From positions 1 through 64,000 of the forward strand of contig JBFLGF010000064.1 in assembly GCA_050230475.1 (NCBI GenBank): a stretch of DNA of 64,000 bases. Reading direction: 5' to 3'. The notes beneath the pieces are model-generated. The model ran no database searches. It saw only the letters and a list, made by a program, of their open reading frames with translations, and had not been told where the DNA came from. Every line of letters starts with the position of its first letter. Position 1 is the first letter of the stretch. A program made the translations under genes and the position numbers. Shown piece after piece: positions 40,114 through 53,298 of the stretch. The stretch is from Ancylonema sp. (lineage: Eukaryota).

Positions 40114-40958
40114 GAGGCTTGGACAGCGAAACGGCTATTTTTTTGGCACCAAGAACTCTGCGTAGGCTGATAGCACATCAATATCGAGTTGAGGTTGTGA
40201 GATGTAGAGTGTCAGTCCTCTCCGCATGCGTTTCTGCGCGCGTGTCCTGAAGGATTATATAGAACCTGTTCCAATCATGATTTGACGAGTAGCTCGAATG
40301 GAGTGGGATGAGAGAAAGCTAACGCTGCATGGAGGAACGCCGTGAACGCGCTTCGTTCTATTTTCAGGCGGGAAAGTGAGACGATTCAAAACTTTTCGCT
40401 TCGAATTTTGTCACAGTCCTGCGGCAGTTCCCCTCGCGGCGGGGCGTAGTTCGCCGTCCCGCCAGTTCCCCCCCTTGAGGTTCGATGTACGGTCGTACTC
40501 CCTGTACCATTGTACTCATCGTACGGTCGAACTCGTGCCACGACAAATTCGGGGATATCGGCGGATTCGGGGATGCACTTGCTGGTAATACCGGTGTACC
40601 GGTATACCGGTATTGCCGATTCCGCCACGAAGTCCCTGACGGTATCCGGTAAAGCGTATACCAGTCACGGTAAATGTTCGCGATAATATTCACGGTAAAT
40701 GTTAACGATAATGTTCATGGTACATGTTCACGATATCAAACAAGAGCGGACAGACGAAATGAGGGACGGGTCATGTACTGCATAAGAAGCATAAAAAAAA
40801 ACGTGAAACTGTCAAAATCCCAGATTGTCTATTCGCCGCAGTGCAGCGAAGCCTGGCGTATTATTTCACTCTTTCATGGTGGTTGGCCCCGATCATTACG
40901 TAGGCGTCAGGCACCGACATCGGTCTTTCAAATGGCTTTCTGAATTTTGATTTTGCAG

Positions 40959-42367
40959 TTCCGATTGCGTCGATGGACCATTTCAATGCTGCCGAGCTTC
41001 AAAAGTAAGTACTTCATCCGTGACCGACATCCCCTCTTGTGGTGTAAAGATTCGAGCCACAATCAGAATGCTATGATTCTATTATCCTTCAGCAATCTCG
41101 TTTTTTTGGACGAATTCCGTCACGTGGATGTACCGGAATTACTGTACGGAAACTACGTAGAAACCACCATAATGGTCGCTCAACCATTAGGTCGTTGTGC
41201 CGAGTGAAATTTGACTGTCAGATCAATTACATTTGAAAGACAAAAGTCATCGGATTTGTGAGGAGAATATCCAGACACTGGTCAGACCACTGTTTCTGGC
41301 CAGTCCTTCATATAGAACAAATCAGAAGGCGATGATGAACAAACATGAAAAAAAAGGGGGGGGAAATCCCCTTTCAGATTCAGAGCGATGCATTCTTGCT
41401 TGCACCCGTTCTAGAAATGCGAAGAATTGTCGCTAGTACGGTGTCCCTCTTTCTGTGGCGGCTCCACGTGGCAGACTCTTGCTCGACGAGACTCTCACTC
41501 TGGAGAGCATGAGGCAGAAGGTCATGGCAGCACTGCAGGAACTTAAGGTGTTCAAAGTCTGGGGTCTGGGGTCTGGGGTCTGAGATTGGGGTTTAGATGG
41601 GGGAGAATTTCCTCAAGCCTAAGTTTTCAGGTTCAGGTTATGTTCCAATTCAGTGTCTGACAATCGTGACACCGACCACAGTCCAGCAACATTTCTTTGG
41701 CAGAATGCGGTAAACCCTGCCTTCAATCCTGGCCAATCATACAAAAGTTGTGAGCTGCCACGTCAGCATTCCTCACATTTTGTTTTTTTGGTGTAGGTAG
41801 AGGAAAGCTGGTTGAAGAGCAAGCTAGGGGAGAGTGCGGATAGGATGGGCCGATTTCAAGAGATAGAGAAGGAGACGTCGTGGGAAGAGGAGGACGAGGT
41901 AACTTGTGGACCCTTTCGTTGAATTGTTTGCTTGATTTTTTTGTTGAATTAAATTTTGGCGTCCTTATTTTGTTTGTTGTATCTTATTCCTGTTAAACCG
42001 GAAGCTCTCAAAGCCCTTGCCAATCTTTGCAAATCTCTTTTTGGGTAAGGTTTAGGGTTTCAAGGTTTAGGTATCAGCTGTATATGTTGGGGTGAGAAGT
42101 TTTGGGGACAGCAGATTTATGTTAACTCAAAGCGTTGGCTTTTTTTTTTTTTTTTTTTTTTTTTGGAAATTAGCTCATGAGGTATTCATGATGAAGGTGT
42201 CCTCATTATCGTAATGGTGGAAAATTCAGGATGAAAACAACGGTGAAGATGAAGGGGAAGACGCGGAGGGGTTGGAGGGCTTTTTGCAAGAACTGGAAGG
42301 GAGGGTGGAGGGAGGGGGCGGAGAGGATGCAGATGGAGTGAGGGACGAAAATAGAATGGAGGAGTGA
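40959..42367 (+). CDS. Hypothetical multi-exon protein with acidic C-terminus; 5' structure uncertain
   Basis: Phase-0 exons 41437-41547, 41797-41898 and 42230-42367 (ends TGA) join in frame. Candidate upstream exons 40959-41004 and 41093 onward. Confidence 0.5.
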
Positions 42368-43722
42368 GGGAGGGGAGGGGGATTGAGAAAATGGACCATG
42401 AGAAGATGGGTGTGGACTACCACAAGTTAATGTACCCTTTTTTTAAGGTTGTCCAACAAAGTGCTAGTTAGTGAGTTGTGTGGTTGATGTTGGGGTTGCA
42501 GTATATTGAAGGTTACGGTTATTTAATGCTTATTTGGTGTGAAGTAGTATAGTTAGTCCTTTCTACATGCACCCTTTTGGTGTAGGATAGTGTGGTGCAT
42601 AAATAGAGGGTGTGTATTCACGAAGGGTGAATCTCGTCATTGTTTTGGTGCCTTTATGGACAAGGGCGTGCCTCTACAATGGGGTGCCTTCAGAAAGGAA
42701 CAACTTGGCCAGATGTCAAGATCGCAATATATGAACAATGAAAATGAGTACTCCAATGTGCAAACTTGTCTTTTAGACTTGTCTTTGTACTACGAACAGT
42801 ATATTCTTCTCTATAATGGACAATTTGTTGACAATCAATAAGCCTCGTCTGTGTGTGGACCAAGACAAAAGTTGAAAAAGATCTTAGCCTCTTCCGAACC
42901 GTAAGGGACCGTTTTCAAATCGAAATAAGGTCATAAGGTTTTGAGTTATGTAATGTGCAATGCGTGCACTAGGTATTTGCACGTATTTGTTACTGTTACA
43001 ATGTTACAATGTTACAATGTCACAATGTTATGATGTCACAAGTTTTACGTCACTTTTAGTCAAGATTTCGATTTTGAAGAGTTTCACTTTCGTTTGTGTC
43101 AAGTTGCACAAGCTCTTACTAAAATCTCTTATTTGCTACATTGAAGACATCTTTGTAACAATCGCACGAGGGTCACCTTGCTACCACTACTACGAAGAGC
43201 TACAGACGATCATAACCAATATCATGCTTGAACGCTGTCATTTTTTCACCTCACTTGAGATACATCACTATTTTGGGTAGAAGCACATGCATTGAAATTT
43301 CAATAGAAAACCAAGAAATGTTGTGTTAAAAAGAAAATGTCGTAGATTTCATTTCGACGGGAATGCTTCCGAAGTGTGTAAAAGTGTCGCTATCACTTTG
43401 ACTTTGATGTATACCTTAGCGTGTCACACCTAGGATTGTACCTACCCATGCTTGTGTGTGGTTAGGGGGTGGCCACCCGCCAGTCGCGGTACTGACGACT
43501 GCATGGTCGGCGGCGCCAACTTGGCGCGGAGTTAAAAACCCAAGGCACACCAGTTCGTTACCAGTTGATGAGGTGTACTCTAAGATGAAACTTCGATATA
43601 GGATGCAAGTGAATTTTCCAAATCATGTTTCTGACAACGAATAAAACACCTTTGGAGTATGAAACAATTAAATAATTCTTGACCCCCCCCCCCCCGGTAC
43701 GCGTTGATTTCGGCGGCAGAGT

Positions 43723-44820
43723 TGTCATGCCGCTAGAGATTGTTAGAAAGTAAAGACTGTTTAATCGTCGATCCGCTTGAAAAATAGCAATTTTTGTAAT
43801 TTTCGATTTTTAGTCGTTATATCGAACTCTGTCATAATATGAGATTCGATCTGTCAGACGTTTGATTTGATAAGTTTGTTCTACTCAGTAAGTGTAGAAA
43901 AGTCGGTGTACCACTTTTTAGACTTTGATTCAGAGTATTTTGTCGTATCGACGAGTTAGAATGTTCCCAGTGCGCGCCGAGTTAATTTCAGTCAGTCAGC
44001 CTCGCTAGTGAGGTGCCGCACGTGTAAAATCTAGATTTCTAGAATAGACAGTCACGATTATCTGTCTAGTCGATATTTGTTTTCAGCCTTAGATCAAGAT
44101 AAGATATAGAATACCCCGCGTGCGAAATGCTGCGTCGGTTGTACTAAAGCCTAAGTCGCTTTCTGAACTGCCGGCTTCCGCTGTCAGTTTACGTTGTCTG
44201 AATTTCAACAATCACTTTGGAATTGTCATCCTATTGCAATCTCTGTGAATTCGTGTATTCTGAAATCGTTTACTTTCGCTATCTGTGATTTTATGCAAGC
44301 TTCGCGTTGCTTCATTCAACCGCAAGTCTCTGTGAAATTACTTGTTTACTTGTGCGTGCTGTCGCATCTCAAGTAACTGTAAAGCCGTGTGCCGTTCTGC
44401 ATACGCATCGTGTGAAATTCTGCCGTAGTCAAAATTATCGTTACCAATGCAATATCGTGACCTTTACATGTCGTTGATTGTCAACCGTTTTGCTGACGTA
44501 AAAAATCGTTACAAGTTCGTTGCACCGTTTCGCGCAAGCTCAGCCAGACAATTCACCCTTTGAATTGCTTGCACCCGGTCCCTAATCCGTGAATCGTTTA
44601 TTCACCGAAACGCTTGATTATCGTAACCATTATCGTGTGCGTATTCTGAAGCAACCAATCATCAATCATTCTGCAACCCTTGTAGAAATTCTACAATTAT
44701 TTGCGTTGATTCCCATTACCATTAGCTGTCACGTATTGTCAAGTGTTGTAATCTGCGATTCTTGATTAACCCAAGTATTGTTTTCAAGACCTCCCAATAC
44801 TTTGCGTTGAGTGCATCTCA
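43723..44820 (+). repeat. G1 5' LTR (TGTCATG...ATCTCA)
   Basis: TG..CA ends; both termini resemble the minus-strand LTR at 57688-56567. Confidence 0.65.
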
Positions 44821-45655
44821 GCTTTTGGCGAGTAGTAGCTACGGCAACCATCGTTGATAAGTCACATACAACGCTTGAATTACATTCTTGTGTTGTCGGT
44901 ACCTTCACCCAACTACTCTAAACTGACCAGCGGAAGAGCTTCTTCACATTCAGGTCTCCAAGGAAAAGTTTACCGAACCCGAGATTTTTTTTCTGGAAAA
45001 CCCTTCTCATTGATTGTTTACCATACACCATTGCCTCGACATTAAACAACGGTAGCCCGATTCGGAAACCCGAGATGGAAACCTACGACCATCATTTATG
45101 GACAACCAAGGCTACTGACTCTGAGCATGCTCTAAGTGACATACAATATGAAAGAGATCTCTTGCATATTGCTACCAATATTTCCGACGACTACACGATT
45201 TACAAGATTTGGTAAGCTCCAGCTCATGCAGCAGAAAACCGAGAACGAGTTTCGACAACTCCCTCCGGACCTCAAATGACGCCGAGACGAACATCTGGCG
45301 GTCATTCGAGTTCATCGACAACGCGAGTGGAACATAATACAACCAGCTCATCGCACCACAGATTGGCGAAAGGTGAGGTAACCTGGAAAAATCGGATGTT
45401 TCACCAATTCCAGCGACAACTTCCAGCACCCCTTGCAGTACGACCAATCCCGGCATACACCAATATGTCGGTAACCAATACTCCTCAGTACCTCGAGATG
45501 ACAAAGGAAGAACACCAAAGATATATGTAGGAAGCAGCATATGCCACATCTGTTGGCATTTTCAACTCACTCATAAGCCAGGAAAAGGTGAAATCACGAG
45601 ATGTGGCATCGACAATACTCACCAAAAAGGCTGTCACTTTCTCACCTGTCGTTGC

Positions 45656-48600
45656 TATAGGAATTATATCGGATAGCCATGTTTGCTAGTGTGCTAGTCC
45701 GGACTACCGGTTAGTGTAACCGGTAGGATTCCTAGGGTGTGCTTATATTGAGGGACCGGACTTCTGTCCGGGCACCCGAATACGACGTTTCGATTGTGCC
45801 GTTTGTAGCACGTGCGGTCTAGATGGTTCCGAATCTAGACGTTATGTCTTGTCAGACTGTCCGGCATGTGCCGTTGTCAGGATCTGACTCTTGTTGTGTT
45901 TTGATAGGCCGACGGTCCGTCGATACGACCGTCGGCACCGCTTTGTAGATTCTGCTTTGGACGAGGCATCGTGGTATACCTACACGATGCCGACCATTCA
46001 ATAATAATTCTCAACACAATACTTGTCATTGATCATATTTGAGAGAGACGAAGTTTCTTGTACGGAAAGATATTCTCGACGCGATCTTGCACACCTATCA
46101 CGTAACATCGCTGCTAAAAGGTTATGGGCCCACAGGCGGTCCTAGTTAAAGACGCTCTGTCAATAACTACAGGCATTCCCCACGCGATTCGCTGCTAAGA
46201 AGAGACTTTGAGGTTGGGGTTATTAAGTACTGCACGTAATCTTTCGAATTGCGCTGCTAGTGACTGAGGTGTGAGCTGCGCTGCACGAAACACGCTCAAG
46301 GAAGCAGTGAGAGCTGATCATCAGATATATATAGCTGCTGCCTAACATGACGGAAAAATCATACATTCCGGTCTTCACAGGAGCAGACTATAAAGGATGG
46401 GCTTTTAAAATTAAGTTCGGTCTGGCTGACAAGGAGCTGCATGACAGTGTCATGGATTGGGGCAAATCCCCGAGGCAAGCAAAACCTGTCGTGTCTCCAC
46501 CAATCACACAGGATGAGCTCGATACGCTGGATGCTGCGGACATCGCTAGAACGGTCACGGCACGCACCCAGCTCATCGGCGACAGACTCTCCTTCGAGAG
46601 GTCTGGTCGAAGAAGAATATCGCTGCGATGGCGTACATCGTCAAACACCTCCAGACGGGGGAGCTGACGCACGTACGAAATTGCGAGACGGCAGTGGATA
46701 TGTGGGACGCCCTGAAAGCCTTCTACGACATTCAGGGAGCCATCGAGATCGCCAACGCTGAGGCAGAGCTCACGGCGATTATCATGGGAGAAGCGGAGGA
46801 TCTGAGCGACTATGTTAAGCGACTTCAGGAGCTGCACGATCGTCTGGGGCATCTGGGAGGAGCCAGTAAGGCCTGCGAAGCAGACGATCAACTTTCTGAA
46901 TTCCCTTAACACTCGCTACAGCGCGCGCGTGGAGAGCGTGATGTCTTGGGCAGTTTTTGCGCCAACACTTTCACGATCCCTCAGGCCGTAACATTTTGTC
47001 AGCTGGCGATCGACGGGAGGTCGCAACGACCGGAAGAGAGGGGCGCTGCCGGGAGGGCAGCAGGCCAATTTCGTGGGAAAAGGGGTTTACTCGGGCAGCT
47101 CTGGAGCTGGCCCAAGTGGACCAAGTGGGAGTGGCGGTCCCGGAAGTCGCGACATGTCGAGAATTCAGTGCTACGGTTGCAACTAGCATGGTCACCTGAA
47201 ATCGGACTGCCCTTCACGTCTGCAAATGAGGTGTCATGGCTGCAACCAGATCGGCCACAAACTATCGCAATGCGGACTGCAACGGCATGGGGGAGGTGGA
47301 AGATCGGCTGGCCAGGGAAGTGGCAGTCCGAAACTCAAATGCAGATAATGTGATAAGCTCGGGCACACATTGGTAGAATGCATGAAGCGTAAATCTGACC
47401 TCGCATTGGCTGCACTTGATTCTAATCTTCGTGATCAAGCTCAGGCTAGACTTGCTGCACGTCCAGACACACCCTTCGATGCATCCAAATCCCTTGCCTA
47501 TGCAACATTCTCATCTCACGCACGGATTTCCATGGCAGCTGAAACTGATTGCTCGCATCTGTGGCTTGATTCAGGCTCGACCGATCACGTCTTCATTAAC
47601 AGAGACCACTTCGTCGAGTACGACACCAACGTCCCGATGCAGCATTCATTCAACCACACGGCTGATGGCACGCCTCATAAGGTCGAGGGGACAGGCTTCG
47701 TGCACGTTCGAGTGAAGAACGACGACTCCTTCTTCGTCGTCCCTCTCACTGCACGTCCCTACATTCGCTGCGACCCTGGTGTCCACCGACTGCCTCGTCC
47801 AGAGAGCTGAGCTTTGCCCAGACCCCACATGGTCCTAACTGACTAAAAATGGACAAAAATGGGCTGATGTCAGCAGGCAGAGTGGTCTGTCATTGCTGCA
47901 TGCATCTATCATCATGCCTGGTTCATCATCTGGTCTGCAAGCAAATCTGTCCATAGGCATGCTCTGGCATGGCAAGCTGGTTCACCCTGGTATACCAGCC
48001 ATGTCAGACATGGCCAGACGTGGGGACATACCAAGACTGAGTCAGGAAGAGTTGACTGAGGTTAGAGATTGTGAGATCTGCTGTATGGGGGACAGAGGCG
48101 GCATGCAATGACTAGCGATGTTGTGGCCACTATGCCGAAAATGGGGAGGTTGCATCTAGATCTGATAGGTCCTTTTGGTGTCAGATCAATGCACGGAGGG
48201 TTTGATTATGCTCAGACAGGTCACTTAGACAGGGATAGAGGTCAATTCTAGACTGTCGACAGTATCTCTTCTCAAGCACAAGAGCAATGCTCTCAGTCAA
48301 ACGCGCATCACTGTACAGAAACTAGAGGTTGAGTCAGGACTGCCGTTAAAGTCGATCAGGACAGATGGAGGAGGGGAATATACCAGCAAGGAATGGAAAG
48401 GCTATTGTGAGGATAAAGGCATCAAACATGAATTGATTGCCCCCTATAGTCCTCAGCAGAATGGTATGTGTGAAAGGCTGAACCGAACATTGATGGAGAA
48501 TATGAGATGTTTGCTGATGTGGTCTAAAGTGCCTAAATCATACTGGGATGTGGCACTGATGCATGCAAACTGGCTAAGGAACAGAACCCCCACTAGTTCA

Positions 48601-51600
48601 TTGACAAGGGGGATACCTATTGAAAAGTGGACGGGACGCCAAATCAAACTGGACAGAAGTCACACATTTGGCTGCCTAGTGCAGTTTGAAAGTTGGGCAT
48701 TATAAAAACAAACAAGGGGACAAGTATGCTGCCAGGACTGCTTTTGGGGTATTTATTGGGCTGGCAGCAGATCAAGCTGGCTACAACATCTTCGACCCAC
48801 TCAGAGCTGGTGTGATGGTGCGGACAGACGTCCGTTTCTTTGAGGAAGTGCCGGGGTACCCGAGACTCACGGGGGGGAGAGCTCCCCAGGTCGAGGCCAA
48901 AGCAGATATGAACATTTTCTCCAGCTATTCCCCGACACGGATGATGAGCCTAAGGCTAGAGGGGTGACAGGGCAAGCAGCAGTGATAGCAGTACCAGCAG
49001 CAGTACCAGCAGCAGTACCAGCAGCAGAGCCAACAGCAATGCCAGCAGCAGCAGCCCACAACGACCCAAGAGCCCAGATCCCAGCACTACAATTTCCGCC
49101 ACCACCAGCTGCTGAGGTCCCCATCGCTGTGATTGAGCTGTCTGACAGTCAATCTGGGATCAACAACGTAGGAGTGGCAGGCGATGAGGAGGAAGTTCAA
49201 GGAGGGGGTGAAGAGGGGGGGCAAGGGTGAATGCTGGGAGCATAGCTGAGAGAGTAATGGGAAGGAGGAGAGCAAACTTTGCCCACTTTGGGGATGTCCT
49301 CTGATACGATAGGGAGGGGTTCGACGACCAGGCGTTGGAAGCAGCCATTCAGGATGAGGAGTGGGAGGCTACATGCTTCTTCACAGGCTTCAACGGCCCC
49401 TCTGACTTTGGATTCTGCATGGTGGCCATGTCTGCTGACTCCTCCGACCCTCTGACGCTGAACGAGGCCATGACGAGGCCAGACTGGGATCAGTGGTTAG
49501 CTGCTATTCCAGGAGGAGCTGAAAAGCTTGGGGGAATTCAACACTTTCGAGGTGTGTGAACTTCCACCCAGGTAAAAGGGCTGTGGGGTGCAAATATGTA
49601 TTCAAAACAAAATACACACCCACGGGACCCCTTGAAAGATATAAAGTCAGACTGGTCGCCCACGGTTTTCTACAACAAGAAGGAGTTGATTATAATAAAA
49701 TATTCGCACCTGTAGTAGATAGTACCTCTATATCTCTTCTACTAGCCATTGCGAATTAGGAGGGTTGGGAAATTGAACAGATGGATGTGGTGACTGCTTT
49801 CTTGCACGGAAGACTGACCGAAGAAGTATATATGAAAATTCCACCATTCATGGAGAATTGTGGGAGGGGCTGAGGGAAAAGTTTTGAGAATGAGGGGGGC
49901 ACTCTACGGACTGAAACAAAGTAGCAAGGTCTGGGGTGAGATGTTCACAGCCTTCATGCTCACTATAGGGTTCAAACAATGCATTATGGACACATGCATA
50001 TACCCAGGGGCACAGGACAGTCACGGATCATAGTGGGGATACACGTAGATGATCACGTGATAGTTGGTCCTAACACCATGGTCATTAAAGCATTCAAACA
50101 GGAACTATTTGGGAAATTCAAAATGAAGGATCTTGGGGCCCTAACCCATATCCTGGGGGTGGAAGTGAAAAAGGGACAGACAACAGGGGGTGCTCTCGCA
50201 CGTTGCATCAGGGAGGGTTCATAAAACAGGTTCTAGAACGTTTTGGCATGGCAAACTGTAATCCTACAAAACTACCCTTACCACCTGGACTGTCATTTCA
50301 CCAAGACGATGAACCTCTAACTCCCCATACACCTGAACAGATAACTGAATTCCGGGGAAAAATTGGGTCACTCATTTATGCAATGAAACACACCCAGACC
50401 GGATATTGCGCATGCACTGGGCGTACTGACAAAACACATGGGAAATCCTGGGACTGCTCACATCAAATCCTTACACCAACTGTTCAGATATTTAAAGGGT
50501 ACAGTGGATCACGGAAATATGCTACGTGAGGCAGAGGAAGGAAGTTAGAGATCAGGGGGGGGTACTGTGATGCTAGTTGGAACAGCTGCGCAGTATGACT
50601 GGGAAGTCGGTCACAGGGGGTGGGTCACTACTGTTGGGGGGACTGCTTTAAGTTGGAAGTCACAGAAACAGTCTACAGTCGCACAGAGTACAGCAGAGGC
50701 TGAATATATTGCTGCCTGTTAGTGTGTCTAAGGAATGCTGTTACCTTGAAGTCGCTCCTGCATGAGCTCAATCCCTAATGAAATTACAGTTTACAGTGAC
50801 TCAACCTGCACTCTCCATGATCCAGGAACCCAGTCCAGCGCCAGAAAGCCAAGCACTTCAATGTGGTATACCACTGGGTGAGAGAGTGCCACAGAATTGG
50901 CAAGCTGAAGTATATGTATCTGGCAGGGGCCAATCAACCAGCCGAATGTTCACTAAGGCTCTTCCACAGGTCTTACTTGACAGACACGGAAAGTCTATAG
51001 GTTTTGGGAGGGTTAACTGAAATGGGGGTGCACACATGAGGTTCTGGGGATTTTCGGATGCCATGCTATGTTTGGCAGGGGGTGTATGTTCTGTTATTCT
51101 TCTTGCAGAAGGCACCTGTGGAGGTCAACGCTGCTTGTCTATCCAGCTAAGTCACCCCACTCTTTTTCTGCCCTGAAAACACTTAAGGACACCTGAAAAG
51201 TTGCAGATCTGCTGCATCTAGAGTTGTGAGTTGTTCATGAATTCTGGCATTGTGTTTCCATTTATACTATGTATGTTGTGTGAAAATTTCAGTTGTTTTG
51301 GTGAAGTTTTGAGAAAGTTATGAAGTTTTGAGAAAGTTGTGAAAGTTTGAGAAAGTTGTGAAGTTTTGAGTTTTTCAAGTTATTCGGAGAAAACTGCAGA
51401 AAGTTGACTTGTTGGTCATTTTTGTATTGCCCTAACTTGTGGTTTTGTTTGTATGTTCAGGGCTCCGGCCCGAAAAACGACTAAGGATCTGGAGCTATCG
51501 ATTTCTGGAGTTCCGATGGCTTCCGATCGGCTGTTATATTTTAGATAGGGCCCCCTAGAGCATTTGTATGCTAGGGAAGACTTTACTACCCCATGGGCTA

Positions 51601-52149
51601 TGCAATGGTTTCGCCGTGACTTAGCTGAGATAGGGAGTCCCTTGGTGCTGACTCAATGCCAAACTGGCATGGCATCCGAGGGGGTGTGTAGAATTATATC
51701 GGAGGATAGCCATGTTTGCAAGTGTGCTAGTCCGGACTACCGGTTAGTGTAACCGGTAGGATTCCTAGGGTGTGCTTATATTGAGGGGCCGGACTTATGT
51801 CCCGGCACCCGAATAGGACGTTTCGATTGTGCCGTTTGTAGCACGTGCGGTCTAGATGGTTCCGAATCTAGACGTTATGTCTTGTCACACTGTCCGGCAT
51901 GTGCCGTTGTCAGGAGTCAGGATCTGACTGTTGTTATGGTTATGATAGGCCGACGGTCCGCAGATACGACCGTCGGCACGCTTTGTAGATTCTTGTTTTG
52001 GACGAGGCATTGTGGTATACCTACACGATGCCGACCATTCAATAATAATTCTTCCAACCACAATACTTGTCATTGATCATTCTACGAAGTTTCTTGTACG
52101 GAAAGATATTCACACGATCTTGCACACCTATCACGTAACATCGCTAAGA
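45656..52149 (+). mobile_element. Ty1/Copia retrotransposon (Copia-2), full length, degenerate, nested in G1 gag
   Basis: LTRs 45656-46119 and 51687-52149; perfect TSD GTTGC (45651-45655 and 52150-52154); PBS 46120-46133; PPT ~51678-51686. gag-pol fragments 46347-51020 are homologous to Copia-1. Confidence 0.97.
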
Positions 52150-52479
52150 GTTGCGAGTCATGCACCAGGTCCCACCATCCTTTTACCACCCAAAGAAGGA
52201 GAGAAGTGCGCCGTTTGTTTCCAACCAAGCCATATCAACCAAGCCATATGGAAAAAAAATCTCCGCGATCACCTGACCAAGGAAGAATGGCAGAAACAAC
52301 AAGCGGACATTCCAATGGTTTTGCAGGGCAGGGTACCCGCAATTTACTCTACAGTCAAACCCGAAAACACCAAACCATTCATCGAACCAGACGCACGCAT
52401 CACCACAAATTGGACGGTGCGTGTGATTGAGAAAAACAAACAAATCCTCTTCATCGAAGGAGTCGAACCAACAGGAGAC

Positions 52480-52803
52480 ATGGTGCTCGATACCGGGTCA
52501 GGAGATGATGATGATGATGATGATGATGTATGATCGGTGTCACAACTCGGCATCACCTAGACGGACTTAGACCCTGGAGAATAATATCTCACATCTTCGG
52601 GACAGACCAATACATCATTGGGCGTAACCAAACGAGATTACGAGATCACCATTGGACAAGGCAAGTTCAAAACCACAGTTCCAGTCCGTCTCACCTTGTC
52701 ACCTTCAGTCAAGTACTCGATCTTCCTTGGCAATTCTTTCATTGTTCCCATTGGCGGGATCGTCGACAATTGGGGACACAGATTCCACTATCGAGTGGAC
52801 TAG
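52480..52803 (+). pseudogene. G1 retropepsin-like aspartic protease, disrupted
   Basis: MVLDTGS, then SPSVKYSIFLGNSF; frameshift at a (GAT)7 run. Confidence 0.75.
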
Positions 52804-53298
52804 GAAATCAAAGGTGACATAATGGTGTTTGTTCCCATCATCATCCATGGGCTAAATGCAACTCAGAAGTTTAGTATCGAAAGTTATGGGGTGGTCTACA
52901 TGAACCAAGGAATTTCACACGACACCACATACACCACCATGGACACCTTTTTGAAGAACGATGACGAAACCATGTTCGCCACGAACGAGGATGAAGACAT
53001 TCTTGCAAATTTTGAATTTATGGTGGCGCAAGAGGGATACGAGCACAGTATTGCCTCAGAGACACCATCACCTGATCCGGCCACATTGCCTGTTTATGAC
53101 CCACAGACTCAGGAATGGGAACTTGACACCATTCACTATCTGGCAACCCGCAAACACTCTGAGATCCGGGACGCACACAAACTCAAGTTAGTCACCGCAA
53201 TTTAGAGCTTGGCATAAATCAATGAGGCAAATGCAACCACAAATGTTCACAAACTTAGATTGGATAGGAGCATCATGATCTAGCAGGCCATCGACATT

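Noticed and set aside
41191..41280. Extra exon 41222-41280 in the plus-strand orphan gene
   Set aside because: Would need a 31-nt intron; not supportable without transcripts.
44825..44842. Possible G1 PBS TGGCGAGTAGTAGC
   Set aside because: Position fits, but I cannot assign it to a tRNA by eye.
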